Shown piece by piece: positions 31,133 to 41,918 of a stretch of DNA of 64,000 bases; positions within the stretch are counted from its first letter, which is position 1; each line of letters starts with the position of its first letter. The notes beneath the pieces are model-generated. The model ran no database searches. It saw only the letters and a program-made list of their open reading frames with translations, and was not told the DNA's origin. Both the position numbers and the translations under genes were made by a program. The stretch comes from an uncultured Pelagibacteraceae bacterium (lineage in GTDB: Bacteria; Pseudomonadota; Alphaproteobacteria; Pelagibacterales; Pelagibacteraceae): contig CABZPQ010000007.1 in assembly GCA_902527605.1 (NCBI GenBank), positions 3,757-67,756 of the forward strand. The letters run 5' to 3'.

Positions 31133-31159
31133 ACTAATAAATCATAAGTATAACATGGT

Positions 31160-31834
31160 ATGATAAAAAATATATTAAATCTTGGTGACGCAGCTTTGTA
31201 TTGTGACTTTGGAAGTGATGTAAATCAAGAAATTAATTCAAATGTTATCAAATATTTTTACCATATAAAAAAATTAAATTTAAAAGGTATTACAAACTTA
31301 ACTCCATCTTATAATAAATTAATAATTTCATATGATTTAAATATACATTCTTTTTTATCTTTAAAAAAAAAAATTGAAAATATAGAGATTAAAGAAAACA
31401 ATAAATTAGAAAAAAACTTAATCGAAATTCCTGTGTGTTGTGATAATATTTTTGCATTAGATATTAAAAGAGTTGAAAATAAACTAAAATTAAAATCAGA
31501 AATAATCCTAGAAAAATTTTTTAGCAAAAATTACTTTTGTTATATGACAGGATTTGTGGCAGGCATGCCTTTTCTCGGTGATCTTGAAAAGGATATGAGA
31601 TTAAAAAGATTAGAAACACCAAGAGTTAAAGTTCCAAAAGGTTCAGTTGGAATAACAGAACAATTTTGTAATATATATACTTTTGAAACACCTGGAGGAT
31701 GGAATATTTTGGGAAATACACCACAAAATATTTTCGACACATCTAATCAATCAAACCCTAATCTTGTTAATCCAGGTGATACAATAAAATTTTATAGAAT
31801 AACTTTAGATCAATATAATGAAATCAAAAGATAG
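31160..31834 (+). CDS. pxpB: 5-oxoprolinase subunit B
   Basis: GFVAGMPFL, PRVKVPKGSVGI, TPGGWNILG. Confidence 0.9.
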   Translation: MIKNILNLGDAALYCDFGSDVNQEINSNVIKYFYHIKKLNLKGITNLTPSYNKLIISYDLNIHSFLSLKKKIENIEIKENNKLEKNLIEIPVCCDNIFALDIKRVENKLKLKSEIILEKFFSKNYFCYMTGFVAGMPFLGDLEKDMRLKRLETPRVKVPKGSVGITEQFCNIYTFETPGGWNILGNTPQNIFDTSNQSNPNLVNPGDTIKFYRITLDQYNEIKR

Positions 31835-32774
31835 AAACTACTTTAAAATTTTAAGAGCTGGTATCAACACCACATATCAAGACTTAGGAAGAAATAATTT
31901 ATACCATATTGGTATTCCTTTTAGTGGAGCGATGGATAAAAGAAATTTTCAATTATTAAACTCACTTCTACAAAATGATTACAATTCACCTGTAATAGAA
32001 TTTGCTTATCAAGGCCCGCATTTGAAGTATTTTGGAAAAGATATTTTTTTTTGTATTACTGGAAATGTATCATTTAAAATTATAACAAAAGAAGATGTTA
32101 TTGATGGTAATTCCTACCAATGTTATTTGTTAAAAAATGGTGATGAAGTCGATATACATTCAACCAACAAGTCTGTTTATGGATATTTTTCGATTAATGG
32201 AACTTTTGGTGTTGATTATTATTGGGGAAGCTGTTCAATAAATACACAAGCTCAAATTGGACCAAATAACGGGAATAAATTTTCTAAAGATTTAGAAATT
32301 GAAATAATTGACATTAATAATTCTTTTAACAAAAGAAAACTTGATTACTTAGGTAGCACTATTGAAAATATAAGGGTCATTAAAGGCACAAACTATGATT
32401 ATTTTTCTGCGTCTTCACAAAATAAATTCTTTAAAGAAAGTTTTAAAATTACAAAACTTTCAGACAGGATGGGTATGAGATTAGAAGGTCAAAAAATTAA
32501 AAATATCGTTGATCCTAATATAAAATCAGAAGGTTTGGTAAAAGGTGTAATTCAAATCACATCTGCTGGAGATCCAATAATTATGTTATCAGATCATGGG
32601 ACTATTGGTGGATATCCGAAGATTGCAACTGTCATATCTGCTGACTATGATCGACTGGTACAATTAACGCCAGGATCTAACATTAAATTTAAAGATGTAA
32701 GCTTAGAGGATGCTGAAACATTATATAAACTTTATCAGATGGAGACTAATAATCTTGTTTCTCAAATTAAATGA
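31818..32774 (+). CDS. pxpC: 5-oxoprolinase subunit C
   Basis: QDLGR, SGAMD, DRMGMRL, TIGGYPKI. Confidence 0.9.
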   Translation: MKSKDRNYFKILRAGINTTYQDLGRNNLYHIGIPFSGAMDKRNFQLLNSLLQNDYNSPVIEFAYQGPHLKYFGKDIFFCITGNVSFKIITKEDVIDGNSYQCYLLKNGDEVDIHSTNKSVYGYFSINGTFGVDYYWGSCSINTQAQIGPNNGNKFSKDLEIEIIDINNSFNKRKLDYLGSTIENIRVIKGTNYDYFSASSQNKFFKESFKITKLSDRMGMRLEGQKIKNIVDPNIKSEGLVKGVIQITSAGDPIIMLSDHGTIGGYPKIATVISADYDRLVQLTPGSNIKFKDVSLEDAETLYKLYQMETNNLVSQIK

Positions 32775-33643
32775 ATTTAATTACAAAATTACCAGGGCCG
32801 CTTTTGATTTTTTTTGGTGCTTTCAGTTTAAGTTTTGGAGGGTTGATAGTCAAATCTTTCGAAGGTTCTACTCTATGGCAGATTCTATTTTGGAGATCAG
32901 TTTTTTTTATAATTGTAGTTCTGATCTTTCTAATTATTAGTTATAAGCAAAATTTTATTTCAGCATTTTATAAATCTGGAATCCCTGGTCTTATTGGAGG
33001 CATTATACTTGCCTGTGGTTTTAGTGGTTATGTTTTTGCAATGTATAATACTACTGTAGCAAATACTAATTTTATAATTCAAACCCAAACATTATTTTTA
33101 GCAATCTTTGGATATATCTTTTTAAAAGAAAAAATAAACTTAATAACATTAACTTCCATAGTTTTAGCAATTTCAGGAATAATTTTGATGGTTGGAAGCT
33201 CATTAACAATTGGACAAATGAGTGGAAATATTGCTGCTTTTATTATGCCAATATCATTCGCAACATTAATTTTAATAGTTAGAAAATTTCCAAGTGTAGA
33301 TATGGTTCCATTACAATTTATTGCAGGTATTATTGCTTTGATCATTGGATATTTTATGTCTAAAACGATCTTTATATCTTTAAATGACATTTTTTTGGGA
33401 TTTTTAGCTGGTTTTTTCCAACTTGGTTTTGGTTTTATTTTTATTACAATCGGTGCAAGATCTACACCTTCAGCCTTAGTTGGAATCATAATGTTATCAG
33501 AGGCAGTTTTAGGACCTTTTTGGGCCTGGATGTTTATAAATGAAAATCCTCCAACCAGCGTTTTAATTGGTGGTTTAATAGTGATATTTGCAGTTTTAAT
33601 ACAATTTCTTTCACTTATGAAAAAAAAAAGTGCAACAAATTAG
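32771..33643 (+). CDS. DMT/EamA family transporter
   Basis: About 10 TM, two EamA repeats. Confidence 0.85.
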   Translation: MNLITKLPGPLLIFFGAFSLSFGGLIVKSFEGSTLWQILFWRSVFFIIVVLIFLIISYKQNFISAFYKSGIPGLIGGIILACGFSGYVFAMYNTTVANTNFIIQTQTLFLAIFGYIFLKEKINLITLTSIVLAISGIILMVGSSLTIGQMSGNIAAFIMPISFATLILIVRKFPSVDMVPLQFIAGIIALIIGYFMSKTIFISLNDIFLGFLAGFFQLGFGFIFITIGARSTPSALVGIIMLSEAVLGPFWAWMFINENPPTSVLIGGLIVIFAVLIQFLSLMKKKSATN

Positions 33644-33680
33644 AGCTATAAATTTATATTAGTTATGTTATAAGAATTTA

Positions 33681-33820
33681 TACGGGAGAGACTACTTTTG
33701 TAGCGCCGAAGGAGCAACCACCCCGGAAACTCTCAGGCAAATGGACCGTACATATTAACTCTGGAAAGAGAATAATTCTCGCCGAAGGAGCAAATCTCTC
33801 AGGCAAAAAGACAGAGGGGG
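33681..33820 (+). ncRNA. Tandem glycine riboswitch
   Basis: Two aptamers, each GGA(G/A)AG...CGCCGAAGGAGCAA...CTCTCAGG, closed by TACGG/CCGTA and CTCTG/CAGAG, directly upstream of gcvT. Confidence 0.96.
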
Positions 33821-33834
33821 CATATAGAGTTAAT

Positions 33835-34941
33835 ATGAATATAAAAAAAACATCGTTAAATAATCTCCACATCAAGTACGGCGCAAAGCTTGTAGAGTTT
33901 GCTGGATATCAAATGCCCATCCAATATAAAGATGGAATTATACAAGAGCATAAATACACACGTTCACACTCTGGTATTTTTGATGTTTCTCATATGGGTC
34001 AATTATTTATATCGGGTGGTGATGATCTTACAAATGATCTTGAAAAGATTTTTCCTGCGGATTTGAAAAAATTGAAAACTAATCAAAGTAAGTATTCATT
34101 TTTAATGAATAACAAAGGAGGAATTCAGGACGATCTGATAATTACCAAAACATCTGATGGATTTTTAATTATCTTGAATGCTGCATGCAAGTATAATGAT
34201 TATGAAGTAATAAAATCTAAACTTGATAATCAATATAAATTAAATCTTGACGAGTCATTGTCATTAATTGCATTGCAGGGCCCCGAAGCAAAAAATGTTT
34301 TAAATAAAGTTATACCTGGTTGTGACAGTCTAAAATTTATGAACGGAAACAACCATGTCTATAAAAATGAAAAAGTATACATAACTAGATCAGGATATAC
34401 TGGTGAGGATGGATTTGAAATTTCTATAAAAAATAGTGATGCTGAAACTTTTGTAGAAAGTTTGATAGAAAATGGATCTAAATTGATTGGTTTAGGAGCA
34501 AGAGATACATTAAGAATGGAAGCTGGGCTCTGCTTGTATGGAAATGATCTAGACAACGATACAAGTCCTATCGAAGCTAATCTAAAATGGGCAATACCTA
34601 AGAGCAGAATTGAGACTGAATTTGTTGGATCAGAAGTTTTAAAAAACCAATTTCAAAGCGGAGTAAAAAAATTGAGAGTTGGCATAAAACCAGACAGCAA
34701 AGTAATTGCTAGAGGAAATACTAAAATTTACAATGATAAAAATCAAGAAATTGGGAAAGTAACAAGTGGCACATTTGGACCAAGCGTTGAACATCCAATA
34801 GCAATGGGATATGTCGATAATAGTTATTCAACTGTAAATACAAAAATATTTCTTGAAGTTAGAGGAAAAAAAATTCCCGCAAATATTTGTAACTTACCGT
34901 TTTATAAAAAAAATTACGTAAAAGGGGAAATTAATGTCTGA
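33835..34941 (+). CDS. gcvT: Glycine cleavage T protein
   Basis: [36 protein letters not shown]. Confidence 0.96.
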   Translation: MNIKKTSLNNLHIKYGAKLVEFAGYQMPIQYKDGIIQEHKYTRSHSGIFDVSHMGQLFISGGDDLTNDLEKIFPADLKKLKTNQSKYSFLMNNKGGIQDDLIITKTSDGFLIILNAACKYNDYEVIKSKLDNQYKLNLDESLSLIALQGPEAKNVLNKVIPGCDSLKFMNGNNHVYKNEKVYITRSGYTGEDGFEISIKNSDAETFVESLIENGSKLIGLGARDTLRMEAGLCLYGNDLDNDTSPIEANLKWAIPKSRIETEFVGSEVLKNQFQSGVKKLRVGIKPDSKVIARGNTKIYNDKNQEIGKVTSGTFGPSVEHPIAMGYVDNSYSTVNTKIFLEVRGKKIPANICNLPFYKKNYVKGEINV

Positions 34942-35314
34942 AGTTAAATATTCAAAAGAACATGAGTGGATTAAACTAGACGGAGAAGAAGCTACAATTG
35001 GAATAACCAAGCATGCAACAGAAATGCTTGGGGATATAGTATTTGCTGAACTCCCAGAGAAAGGTTCAAATGTCGATAAAGATGGAACTGCTGGAGTGGT
35101 TGAGTCAACGAAAGCTGCTAGTGATGTTTACACTCCTGTTAGTGGAGAAGTTATAGATACAAATCAAATGATAGTTGATGATCCATCAAAAATAAATGAA
35201 GACCCAGAAGAGTCTGCATGGTTTTTTAAACTTAAAATAAAAGACAAATCTGAAATGGATAGTCTTATGAGTAAAGAAGAATATGAAAAATTTGCAAAGG
35301 AGACACCAGCATAA
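34934..35314 (+). CDS. gcvH: Glycine cleavage H protein
   Basis: [12 protein letters not shown] lipoyl lysine. Confidence 0.96.
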   Translation: MSEVKYSKEHEWIKLDGEEATIGITKHATEMLGDIVFAELPEKGSNVDKDGTAGVVESTKAASDVYTPVSGEVIDTNQMIVDDPSKINEDPEESAWFFKLKIKDKSEMDSLMSKEEYEKFAKETPA

Positions 35315-38184
35315 TGTTACCAAATTCAGAAAAAGATTTTATAAAAAGACACATTGGACCTTCTAAAGAAGACCAATCAAAAATGTTAAAAGAATTAAAT
35401 TATCAATCAATAGATGATTTAATGAATAACACCGTTCCAGAAAAAATAATGTTTAAAGGTGAGCTTAATATCGGAGAGTCTAATTCGGAATATGAGGCGT
35501 TAAGAAAATTAAGAGCAATTTCAAAAAAAAATCATGTTTACTCAAATTTTATTGGAATGGGTTATTATGGAACTTATACGCCATATGTAATTTTAAGAAA
35601 TATTTTAGAAAATCCAGGTTGGTATACATCATATACACCTTATCAGCCTGAAGTAGCTCAAGGAAGACTTGAGATGTTATTAAACTTTCAACAAATGATT
35701 GTTGATTTTACTGGAATGGATATCGCTAATGCTTCTTTATTGGATGAAGGTACAGCAGCAGCAGAAGCCATGGGTCTTAGTCATAGATTAAATAAAAAAG
35801 ATAGTAATTTAGTTTTTGTGTCTGAGGATTGCCATCCTCAAACAATAAATGTAATTCAAACTAGAGCCGAACCAATGGGTTTAAAAGTTTTAGTTGGGAA
35901 AGAAGATGAAGTTTTAGATCAATTAAAAGAGGATTTAGTTTGTGGAATTTTACAATATCCTGGAACTTTAGGAGATATTAAAGATCCTAGTGAAGCAATT
36001 AGCAAAATTCATAAAAAAAACGGTAAGGCTGTATTAGCTTGTGATTTATTAGCATTAGCAAAATTAAAAACACCAAGAGAACTTGGTGCTGATATAGCTG
36101 TTGGGAGTTCTCAGCGATTTGGAATACCAATGGGGTATGGAGGTCCACATGCAGCATTTTTTGCAACTAAAGACGAGTATAAGAGATCGATGCCTGGTAG
36201 AATTGTTGGTGTGTCAGTTGATAGACATGGTAACAAGGCATACAGATTATCTTTACAAACTAGAGAGCAACACATCAGAAGAGATAAGGCGACAAGCAAT
36301 ATTTGTACTGCACAAGCTTTATTAGCAATAGTTTCAGCAGCATATGCTATTTATCATGGTCCAGATGGAATTAAAAATATTTCTGAAAGAGTTTCTCAAT
36401 TAGCAAAAAGTTTTGCTGATAAAATAAAACAGTCAGGTTATGAAATTTATTCTGATTATTTTTTTGATACTGTTACAATTATTACCAAAGAAAAGACTGA
36501 TCAAATTTATAAAAATGCTCTAAATCAGAAAGTTAATATACGAAAAGTAAATTCTGAAATGCTTGCGGTCTCTTTTGATGAAAGAAAAAACGTTTATAGA
36601 GTAAATCAATTATTAAAAATTTTTAATGCTGCAGAATCAATAAAAAAAGAGGATCCTTCAGTTAAATTACCTAATTTACCAAAAAATTTATTAAGAACTT
36701 CAAAATATTTAGAGCATCCAATTTTTAACTTATATCATTCAGAAACTGAAATGCTTAGATATCTTAAAAAGCTAGAGGATAAGGATATAGCATTGAATAG
36801 AACTATGATAGCACTTGGTTCATGCACAATGAAGTTAAATGCTGCTGCTGAAATGATCCCGATTTCTTGGAAAGAATTTGCAGAACCTCATCCTTTTGTT
36901 CCAGTTGAACAAATGGAAGGTTTTAGAGATTTGTTTACTGATTTAAAAAATTGGTTGAGATCTATAACAGGTTTTTCCGGTGTTTCTCTACAACCTAATG
37001 CAGGCGCCCAAGGAGAATATGCAGGTCTAATGGTTATAAGAAAGTACCACTTAGATAGAGATGAAGCTCATCGTAATATATGTTTAATCCCAAGTTCGGC
37101 ACATGGTACAAATCCAGCAAGCGCACAAATGGTTGGAATGAAAGTGGTTGTTGTTAATTGTGATAAAGAGGGAAATGTAGATTTCGATGATTTAAAGAAA
37201 AAAGTAGAGCAACATTCAGAAAATCTTGCAGCTTTAATGGTAACTTACCCATCTACCCATGGAGTATTTGAGGAAAAAATAACTGATATTTGTGAGTTAG
37301 TTCATAAACATGGTGGACAGGTCTATATGGATGGAGCAAATTTAAATGCCCTTGTTGGAGTTGCAAAGCCTGGAAATTTTGGTCCAGATGTTTGTCATAT
37401 TAATCTGCATAAAACATTTTGTATTCCTCACGGTGGTGGTGGACCTGGAATGGGACCTATAGCTTGTAAAAAACATTTACAAGTTTATCTGCCTAATCAT
37501 CCAGTGATAAAAGATTGCGGACCAACAAGTGGAATTGGAGCAGTATCAGCAGCTCCTTGGGGCAGCTCAAGTATTCTATCAATCTCTTGGATGTATATTA
37601 AAATGATGGGGTCAGCAGGATTAAAGCTTGCTACTCAAGTTGCAATTTTAAACGCAAATTATATTGCCCACAGACTAAAAGATCACTTTCCGATTTTGTA
37701 CAAAGGTGCAAATGGCAATGTTGCACATGAGTGCATAATTGATATTAGAAATATTAAATCTGAAACAGGGGTAACAGAAGAAGATATTGCTAAAAGAATG
37801 ATAGATTTTGGATTTCACGCACCAACTATGTCATGGCCTGTTGCTGGCACTATGATGATAGAGCCAACTGAAAGTGAAGGCTTGTCAGAAATAGACAGAT
37901 TTTGTGACACTTTAATTAAGATTAAACAAGAAATTGAAAAAATTAAATCAGGTGAATTTGATAAAATTGATAATCCAATTAAAAATGCTCCTCACACTGA
38001 TACAGAATTATCATCAGATGTATGGGAACATAAATATTCAAGACAAGAAGCAGCATATCCTGCAAGTTTTCTAAAACAAAATAAATTTTGGCCTCCAGTT
38101 GCTCGAGTAGACAATGTTTATGGAGATAAAAATATATTCTGCACATGTCCAAGTATGGATGAGTTTAAAGAAGACGCAGCATAG
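35314..38184 (+). CDS. gcvP: Glycine dehydrogenase (decarboxylating)
   Basis: YTPYQPE, LQTREQHIRR, GSCTMK, NLHKTF PLP lysine. Confidence 0.98.
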   Translation: MLPNSEKDFIKRHIGPSKEDQSKMLKELNYQSIDDLMNNTVPEKIMFKGELNIGESNSEYEALRKLRAISKKNHVYSNFIGMGYYGTYTPYVILRNILENPGWYTSYTPYQPEVAQGRLEMLLNFQQMIVDFTGMDIANASLLDEGTAAAEAMGLSHRLNKKDSNLVFVSEDCHPQTINVIQTRAEPMGLKVLVGKEDEVLDQLKEDLVCGILQYPGTLGDIKDPSEAISKIHKKNGKAVLACDLLALAKLKTPRELGADIAVGSSQRFGIPMGYGGPHAAFFATKDEYKRSMPGRIVGVSVDRHGNKAYRLSLQTREQHIRRDKATSNICTAQALLAIVSAAYAIYHGPDGIKNISERVSQLAKSFADKIKQSGYEIYSDYFFDTVTIITKEKTDQIYKNALNQKVNIRKVNSEMLAVSFDERKNVYRVNQLLKIFNAAESIKKEDPSVKLPNLPKNLLRTSKYLEHPIFNLYHSETEMLRYLKKLEDKDIALNRTMIALGSCTMKLNAAAEMIPISWKEFAEPHPFVPVEQMEGFRDLFTDLKNWLRSITGFSGVSLQPNAGAQGEYAGLMVIRKYHLDRDEAHRNICLIPSSAHGTNPASAQMVGMKVVVVNCDKEGNVDFDDLKKKVEQHSENLAALMVTYPSTHGVFEEKITDICELVHKHGGQVYMDGANLNALVGVAKPGNFGPDVCHINLHKTFCIPHGGGGPGMGPIACKKHLQVYLPNHPVIKDCGPTSGIGAVSAAPWGSSSILSISWMYIKMMGSAGLKLATQVAILNANYIAHRLKDHFPILYKGANGNVAHECIIDIRNIKSETGVTEEDIAKRMIDFGFHAPTMSWPVAGTMMIEPTESEGLSEIDRFCDTLIKIKQEIEKIKSGEFDKIDNPIKNAPHTDTELSSDVWEHKYSRQEAAYPASFLKQNKFWPPVARVDNVYGDKNIFCTCPSMDEFKEDAA

Positions 38185-38189
38185 CCTTA

Positions 38190-39428
38190 ATGCGAATTGC
38201 AGTAATCGGATCAGGAATCTCTGGTTTATCAGCAGCACAAAAGCTTTCCAAAAAACATCATGTTGATTTATTCGAAAGCGAAGATCATTTTGGTGGTCAT
38301 TCATATACTTTAGATACTTTAATTAATGGTAAAAAAGTTCCTGTAGATATTGGCTTTATTGTTTTTAATCATGAAACTTATCCAAATCTCATAAATTTTT
38401 TTAACGAATTAAAAATTGAAATTGAAAAAAGCGATATGTCATTTTCTGTTTCTGTAAAAGATACAAATTATGAATATTGTGGTAGAGGTTTAAACGGAAT
38501 TTTTGCAAATAAAGCTAATCTTTTTAATTTAAAATTTTTAAAAATGTTTTTTGATATTATAAATTTCTACAAAAAGTGTGATCAAATTAAAAGTTTAAAT
38601 GAAGAGATTACTCTTGGTGAATTTCTTGAAAAAAATAAATGGTCAAAAAATTTTATTAATTTTCATCTAATCCCAATGGTTTCTGCTATCTGGTCAATGC
38701 CCCCAGTAGAAGCAAATCAAATGCCAATTAAATTTTTTTTAAAATTTTTTCAAAATCATGGACTTTTTAAATTAAAAAATAGACCACAATGGTACACAGT
38801 CACCAACAGAAGTAGAACTTATGTAGAGAAAGTATTAACTCAAATAAGTGGAGAATATTTTAAAAATTATAAGATTAGTTCGATAAAAAGAAATAAAATT
38901 GGTGTTCAAGTATATTACGGTGCTAGTAACGAATTTTTTGACTATGATAAAGTTGTCATCGCTACTCATGCAGACGATGCATTGAAAATTTTGAGTGAGC
39001 CGACTGAGGATGAAAAAAAAATACTTTCAAATTTTAAATATAAATCCAATCTAGCAGTAATACATACTGACGATGTATGTATGCCAAACAATAAAAAAGT
39101 TTGGTCTTCATGGAATTCCTCAATTGATAAATCAGATATTAGTAAGACATCATTAACTTATTGGCTGAACTTATTACAAAATCTGAAGACAGAAAAAAAT
39201 ATTTTCTTAACCTTAAATCCTTTTTTTGAAATAGATCAAAAAAAAATCCTACAAAAAGTTACTTTTACCCACCCTTATTTTGATCAAGATGCTTTGAATA
39301 ATCAAAAATTATTAAAAGAAATACAAAATAAAAGAAATGTATTGTTTTGTGGAAGTTATTTTGGTTACGGTTTTCATGAAGATGGAATAAAATCATCCAT
39401 TAATATGATTGAAAACCTAAATGATTAA
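38190..39428 (+). CDS. COG2907 FAD/NAD-binding protein (UfaD-like fatty acid desaturase)
   Basis: GSGISG, GGHS, VDIGFIVFN..TYPN, SDMSFS, GFHEDG. Confidence 0.75.
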   Translation: MRIAVIGSGISGLSAAQKLSKKHHVDLFESEDHFGGHSYTLDTLINGKKVPVDIGFIVFNHETYPNLINFFNELKIEIEKSDMSFSVSVKDTNYEYCGRGLNGIFANKANLFNLKFLKMFFDIINFYKKCDQIKSLNEEITLGEFLEKNKWSKNFINFHLIPMVSAIWSMPPVEANQMPIKFFLKFFQNHGLFKLKNRPQWYTVTNRSRTYVEKVLTQISGEYFKNYKISSIKRNKIGVQVYYGASNEFFDYDKVVIATHADDALKILSEPTEDEKKILSNFKYKSNLAVIHTDDVCMPNNKKVWSSWNSSIDKSDISKTSLTYWLNLLQNLKTEKNIFLTLNPFFEIDQKKILQKVTFTHPYFDQDALNNQKLLKEIQNKRNVLFCGSYFGYGFHEDGIKSSINMIENLND

Positions 39429-40188
39429 AAATTCCAATATTTACGAAGGTAAAGTAATTCATAAAAGATTTAAGCCAAAATATCACTTTTTTAAATACAA
39501 CGTTTTCTCACTCTTTTTAGATCTTGATGAAATTAATTTGATACAAAAAAAAATTAAAATTTTTTCTAAAAATAGTTTTAATATTTTAAGTTTTTATGAC
39601 AAAGATCACGGACCTAGAGATGGTAGTGATTTAAAAGCCTGGGTAATAGAAAATTTAAAATCAAACAACATTCAATTTAAAAACATAAAGGTAAAATTGC
39701 TTTGTTATCCAAGAATATTTGGTTACGTATTTAATCCATTAAGTATTTTTTTCGTTTATGATAATCATTCAAAAATTATAGCTATATTGTATGAAGTTAA
39801 AAATACATTTGGTGAGCAACATACTTATATATTTAAAGTCAACGACGAAAAAATAATTACAAATAGCTGTGAGAAGAAGTTTTTCGTTTCACCATTTATT
39901 GAAATGAAAAGTAAATACAATTTTAGAATCCTCAAACCTGAAAAAATGTTATCCGTAATAATTGATCAAAGTGATAAGGAGGGAAAATTGTTATATGCTT
40001 CACAAGATGGGTTTGCAAAAGAAATTAACAATAAAAATATGCTTATATCTTATATTTCTCACCCTTTAATGACCTTTAAAGTTATTGCCGCAATTCATTT
40101 TGAAGCATTAAAATTATGGTTAAAGGGAGTTAAGTTAGTTAAAAAAAACATAAAAATAAAAAATAATATTACGTTTGAAAAAAAATGA
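39421..40188 (+). CDS. DUF1365 protein (UfaO-like)
   Basis: HKR, PRIFGYVFNPLS, EVKNTFGE, VSPF, IHFEAL. Confidence 0.85.
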   Translation: MIKNSNIYEGKVIHKRFKPKYHFFKYNVFSLFLDLDEINLIQKKIKIFSKNSFNILSFYDKDHGPRDGSDLKAWVIENLKSNNIQFKNIKVKLLCYPRIFGYVFNPLSIFFVYDNHSKIIAILYEVKNTFGEQHTYIFKVNDEKIITNSCEKKFFVSPFIEMKSKYNFRILKPEKMLSVIIDQSDKEGKLLYASQDGFAKEINNKNMLISYISHPLMTFKVIAAIHFEALKLWLKGVKLVKKNIKIKNNITFEKK

Positions 40189-41366
40189 ATTTTAATCTTT
40201 TGTCAGATAAAATCGTATTTAATTCTCTAAAACTAATAAAGCATGGATTTCTTGAAATTCAAAATCATGACAGCAAAATATATAAGTTTGGTAATGAGAG
40301 TGAACAATTAAGAGCAAAGATTAAAATTAACAAACCTGGTTTAACACTTCAAATAATAAAATCTGGAAGTGTAGGACTTGCAGAAGCATACATGCGAAAT
40401 GAATTTGAAACAGATAATCTAACTAATCTAATAGAAATAACAGCTAAAAATATAAAAATTGTCTATAAATTTTCAGGTATTTTTGATTTATCAATGATTA
40501 ATAAATTAAAGAGTATTTTCATAAAAAATAATAAGAGTAGAAGTAAGAAAAATATTTCAAAACATTATGATTTAGGAAATGATTTCTTTTCATTATGGTT
40601 GGATCCTTCACTTACTTATTCAAGTGCAATTTTTGAAAAACAAAAAGACGATTTATTTTCTGCTCAACTAAATAAATATAAAAAGCTTACAGAATTAATA
40701 AAGCCAAACGTAGGAAATAAAATTTTAGAAATTGGCTGTGGTTGGGGTGGCTTCGCTGAATATGTGGGTAAAAATTACGATGTAAAATTAGATTGTATAA
40801 CAATTTCTAAAGAGCAATTTGAATTTTCAAAAAAAAGAATATTTGAAAAAGGATTGAATGAAAAAGTGAATATATTTTTGAAAGATTATAGAGATGTAAA
40901 AGACAAATATGACTCTATCGCATCTATAGAAATGATAGAAGCGGTTGGGCAAAATTATTTAGTCAATTATTTTAAAAGTATTAAAAAAAATCTATCTGAG
41001 AATGGAAGGGCCGCGATACAAGCGATAACAATCGATGATAGTTTATTTGACAGATATAAAACCAAAGAAGACTTTATACAAAAATACATATTTCCTGGAG
41101 GTTTTTTGCCATCAAAAAGAAAATTATATGATTTATCTAGTAGCAACGGTTTAGAAATTAAAAAATATGAGTCATATGGCTCTCACTATTCCAATACTTT
41201 AAAAATATGGAGAGATGAATTCCTAAAAAAATGGGAAGAGATTTCAAAACATGGATTTGATAATAAATTTAAACGTATGTGGCATTTTTATTTGTCATAT
41301 TGTGAAGCTGGGTTTAAATCAAAGAATATAGATTTAATTCAATTTTCTATGCAAAATAAAATTTAA
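40185..41366 (+). CDS. Cfa-family SAM-dependent fatty acyl methyltransferase (UfaM-like)
   Basis: HYDLGNDFF, LEIGCGWG, IEMIEAVG, YIFPGG, YCEAGF. Confidence 0.88.
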   Translation: MNFNLLSDKIVFNSLKLIKHGFLEIQNHDSKIYKFGNESEQLRAKIKINKPGLTLQIIKSGSVGLAEAYMRNEFETDNLTNLIEITAKNIKIVYKFSGIFDLSMINKLKSIFIKNNKSRSKKNISKHYDLGNDFFSLWLDPSLTYSSAIFEKQKDDLFSAQLNKYKKLTELIKPNVGNKILEIGCGWGGFAEYVGKNYDVKLDCITISKEQFEFSKKRIFEKGLNEKVNIFLKDYRDVKDKYDSIASIEMIEAVGQNYLVNYFKSIKKNLSENGRAAIQAITIDDSLFDRYKTKEDFIQKYIFPGGFLPSKRKLYDLSSSNGLEIKKYESYGSHYSNTLKIWRDEFLKKWEEISKHGFDNKFKRMWHFYLSYCEAGFKSKNIDLIQFSMQNKI

Positions 41367-41367
41367 T

Positions 41368-41916
41368 ATGATTAACAAAAAATTTTTTAAAGTATTTTTA
41401 TTGATAATTTTCACAGGATTAATTACAAGCTGTATAAATAATCAATCTATGAAACCAGAAGATTTTAAAGATCAAAAACCAAGACTAATAATTGAAGAAT
41501 ATTTAAGCGGAAACGTCAAAGCTTGGGGTATACTACAAAACAGATCAGGTAAAGTTACAAGACAATTTTCAGCAGACCTAGACGGTAAGTGGGATGGCAA
41601 ACAACTTATATTAGACGAAAAATTTATTTGGAATGATGGTGAAATACAAAATAGGCAATGGGTAATAGATAAAATTGATGAACATAATTACGAGGGAACT
41701 GCAGGCGATGTAGTTGGTAAGGCTAGGGGGTATTCATATGGCCCAGCATTTAAATTTGAGTATGTTTTGTTAGTTCCTGTGAAAGGAAAAAATATCAAAA
41801 TTACTTTTGATGATTGGATATTTATGCAAGACGAAAGAGTAGCTATCAACAGAGCTAAGATGACAAAATTTGGAATTAAAGTTGCAGAGTTGACTGTGAT
41901 GTTTGTTAAAGATTAA
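41368..41916 (+). CDS. DUF3833 family lipoprotein
   Basis: Lipobox-like ITSC, GTAGDVVG, FDDW, KFG. Confidence 0.75.
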   Translation: MINKKFFKVFLLIIFTGLITSCINNQSMKPEDFKDQKPRLIIEEYLSGNVKAWGILQNRSGKVTRQFSADLDGKWDGKQLILDEKFIWNDGEIQNRQWVIDKIDEHNYEGTAGDVVGKARGYSYGPAFKFEYVLLVPVKGKNIKITFDDWIFMQDERVAINRAKMTKFGIKVAELTVMFVKD

Positions 41917-41918
41917 TT

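Noticed and set aside
33645-33673. dif-like TTATGTTA word
   Set aside because: No XerC arm at the right spacing; better explained as the -10 region of the riboswitch promoter
33678-33875. 65-aa minus-strand ORF
   Set aside because: Antisense to the glycine riboswitch, which explains the sequence
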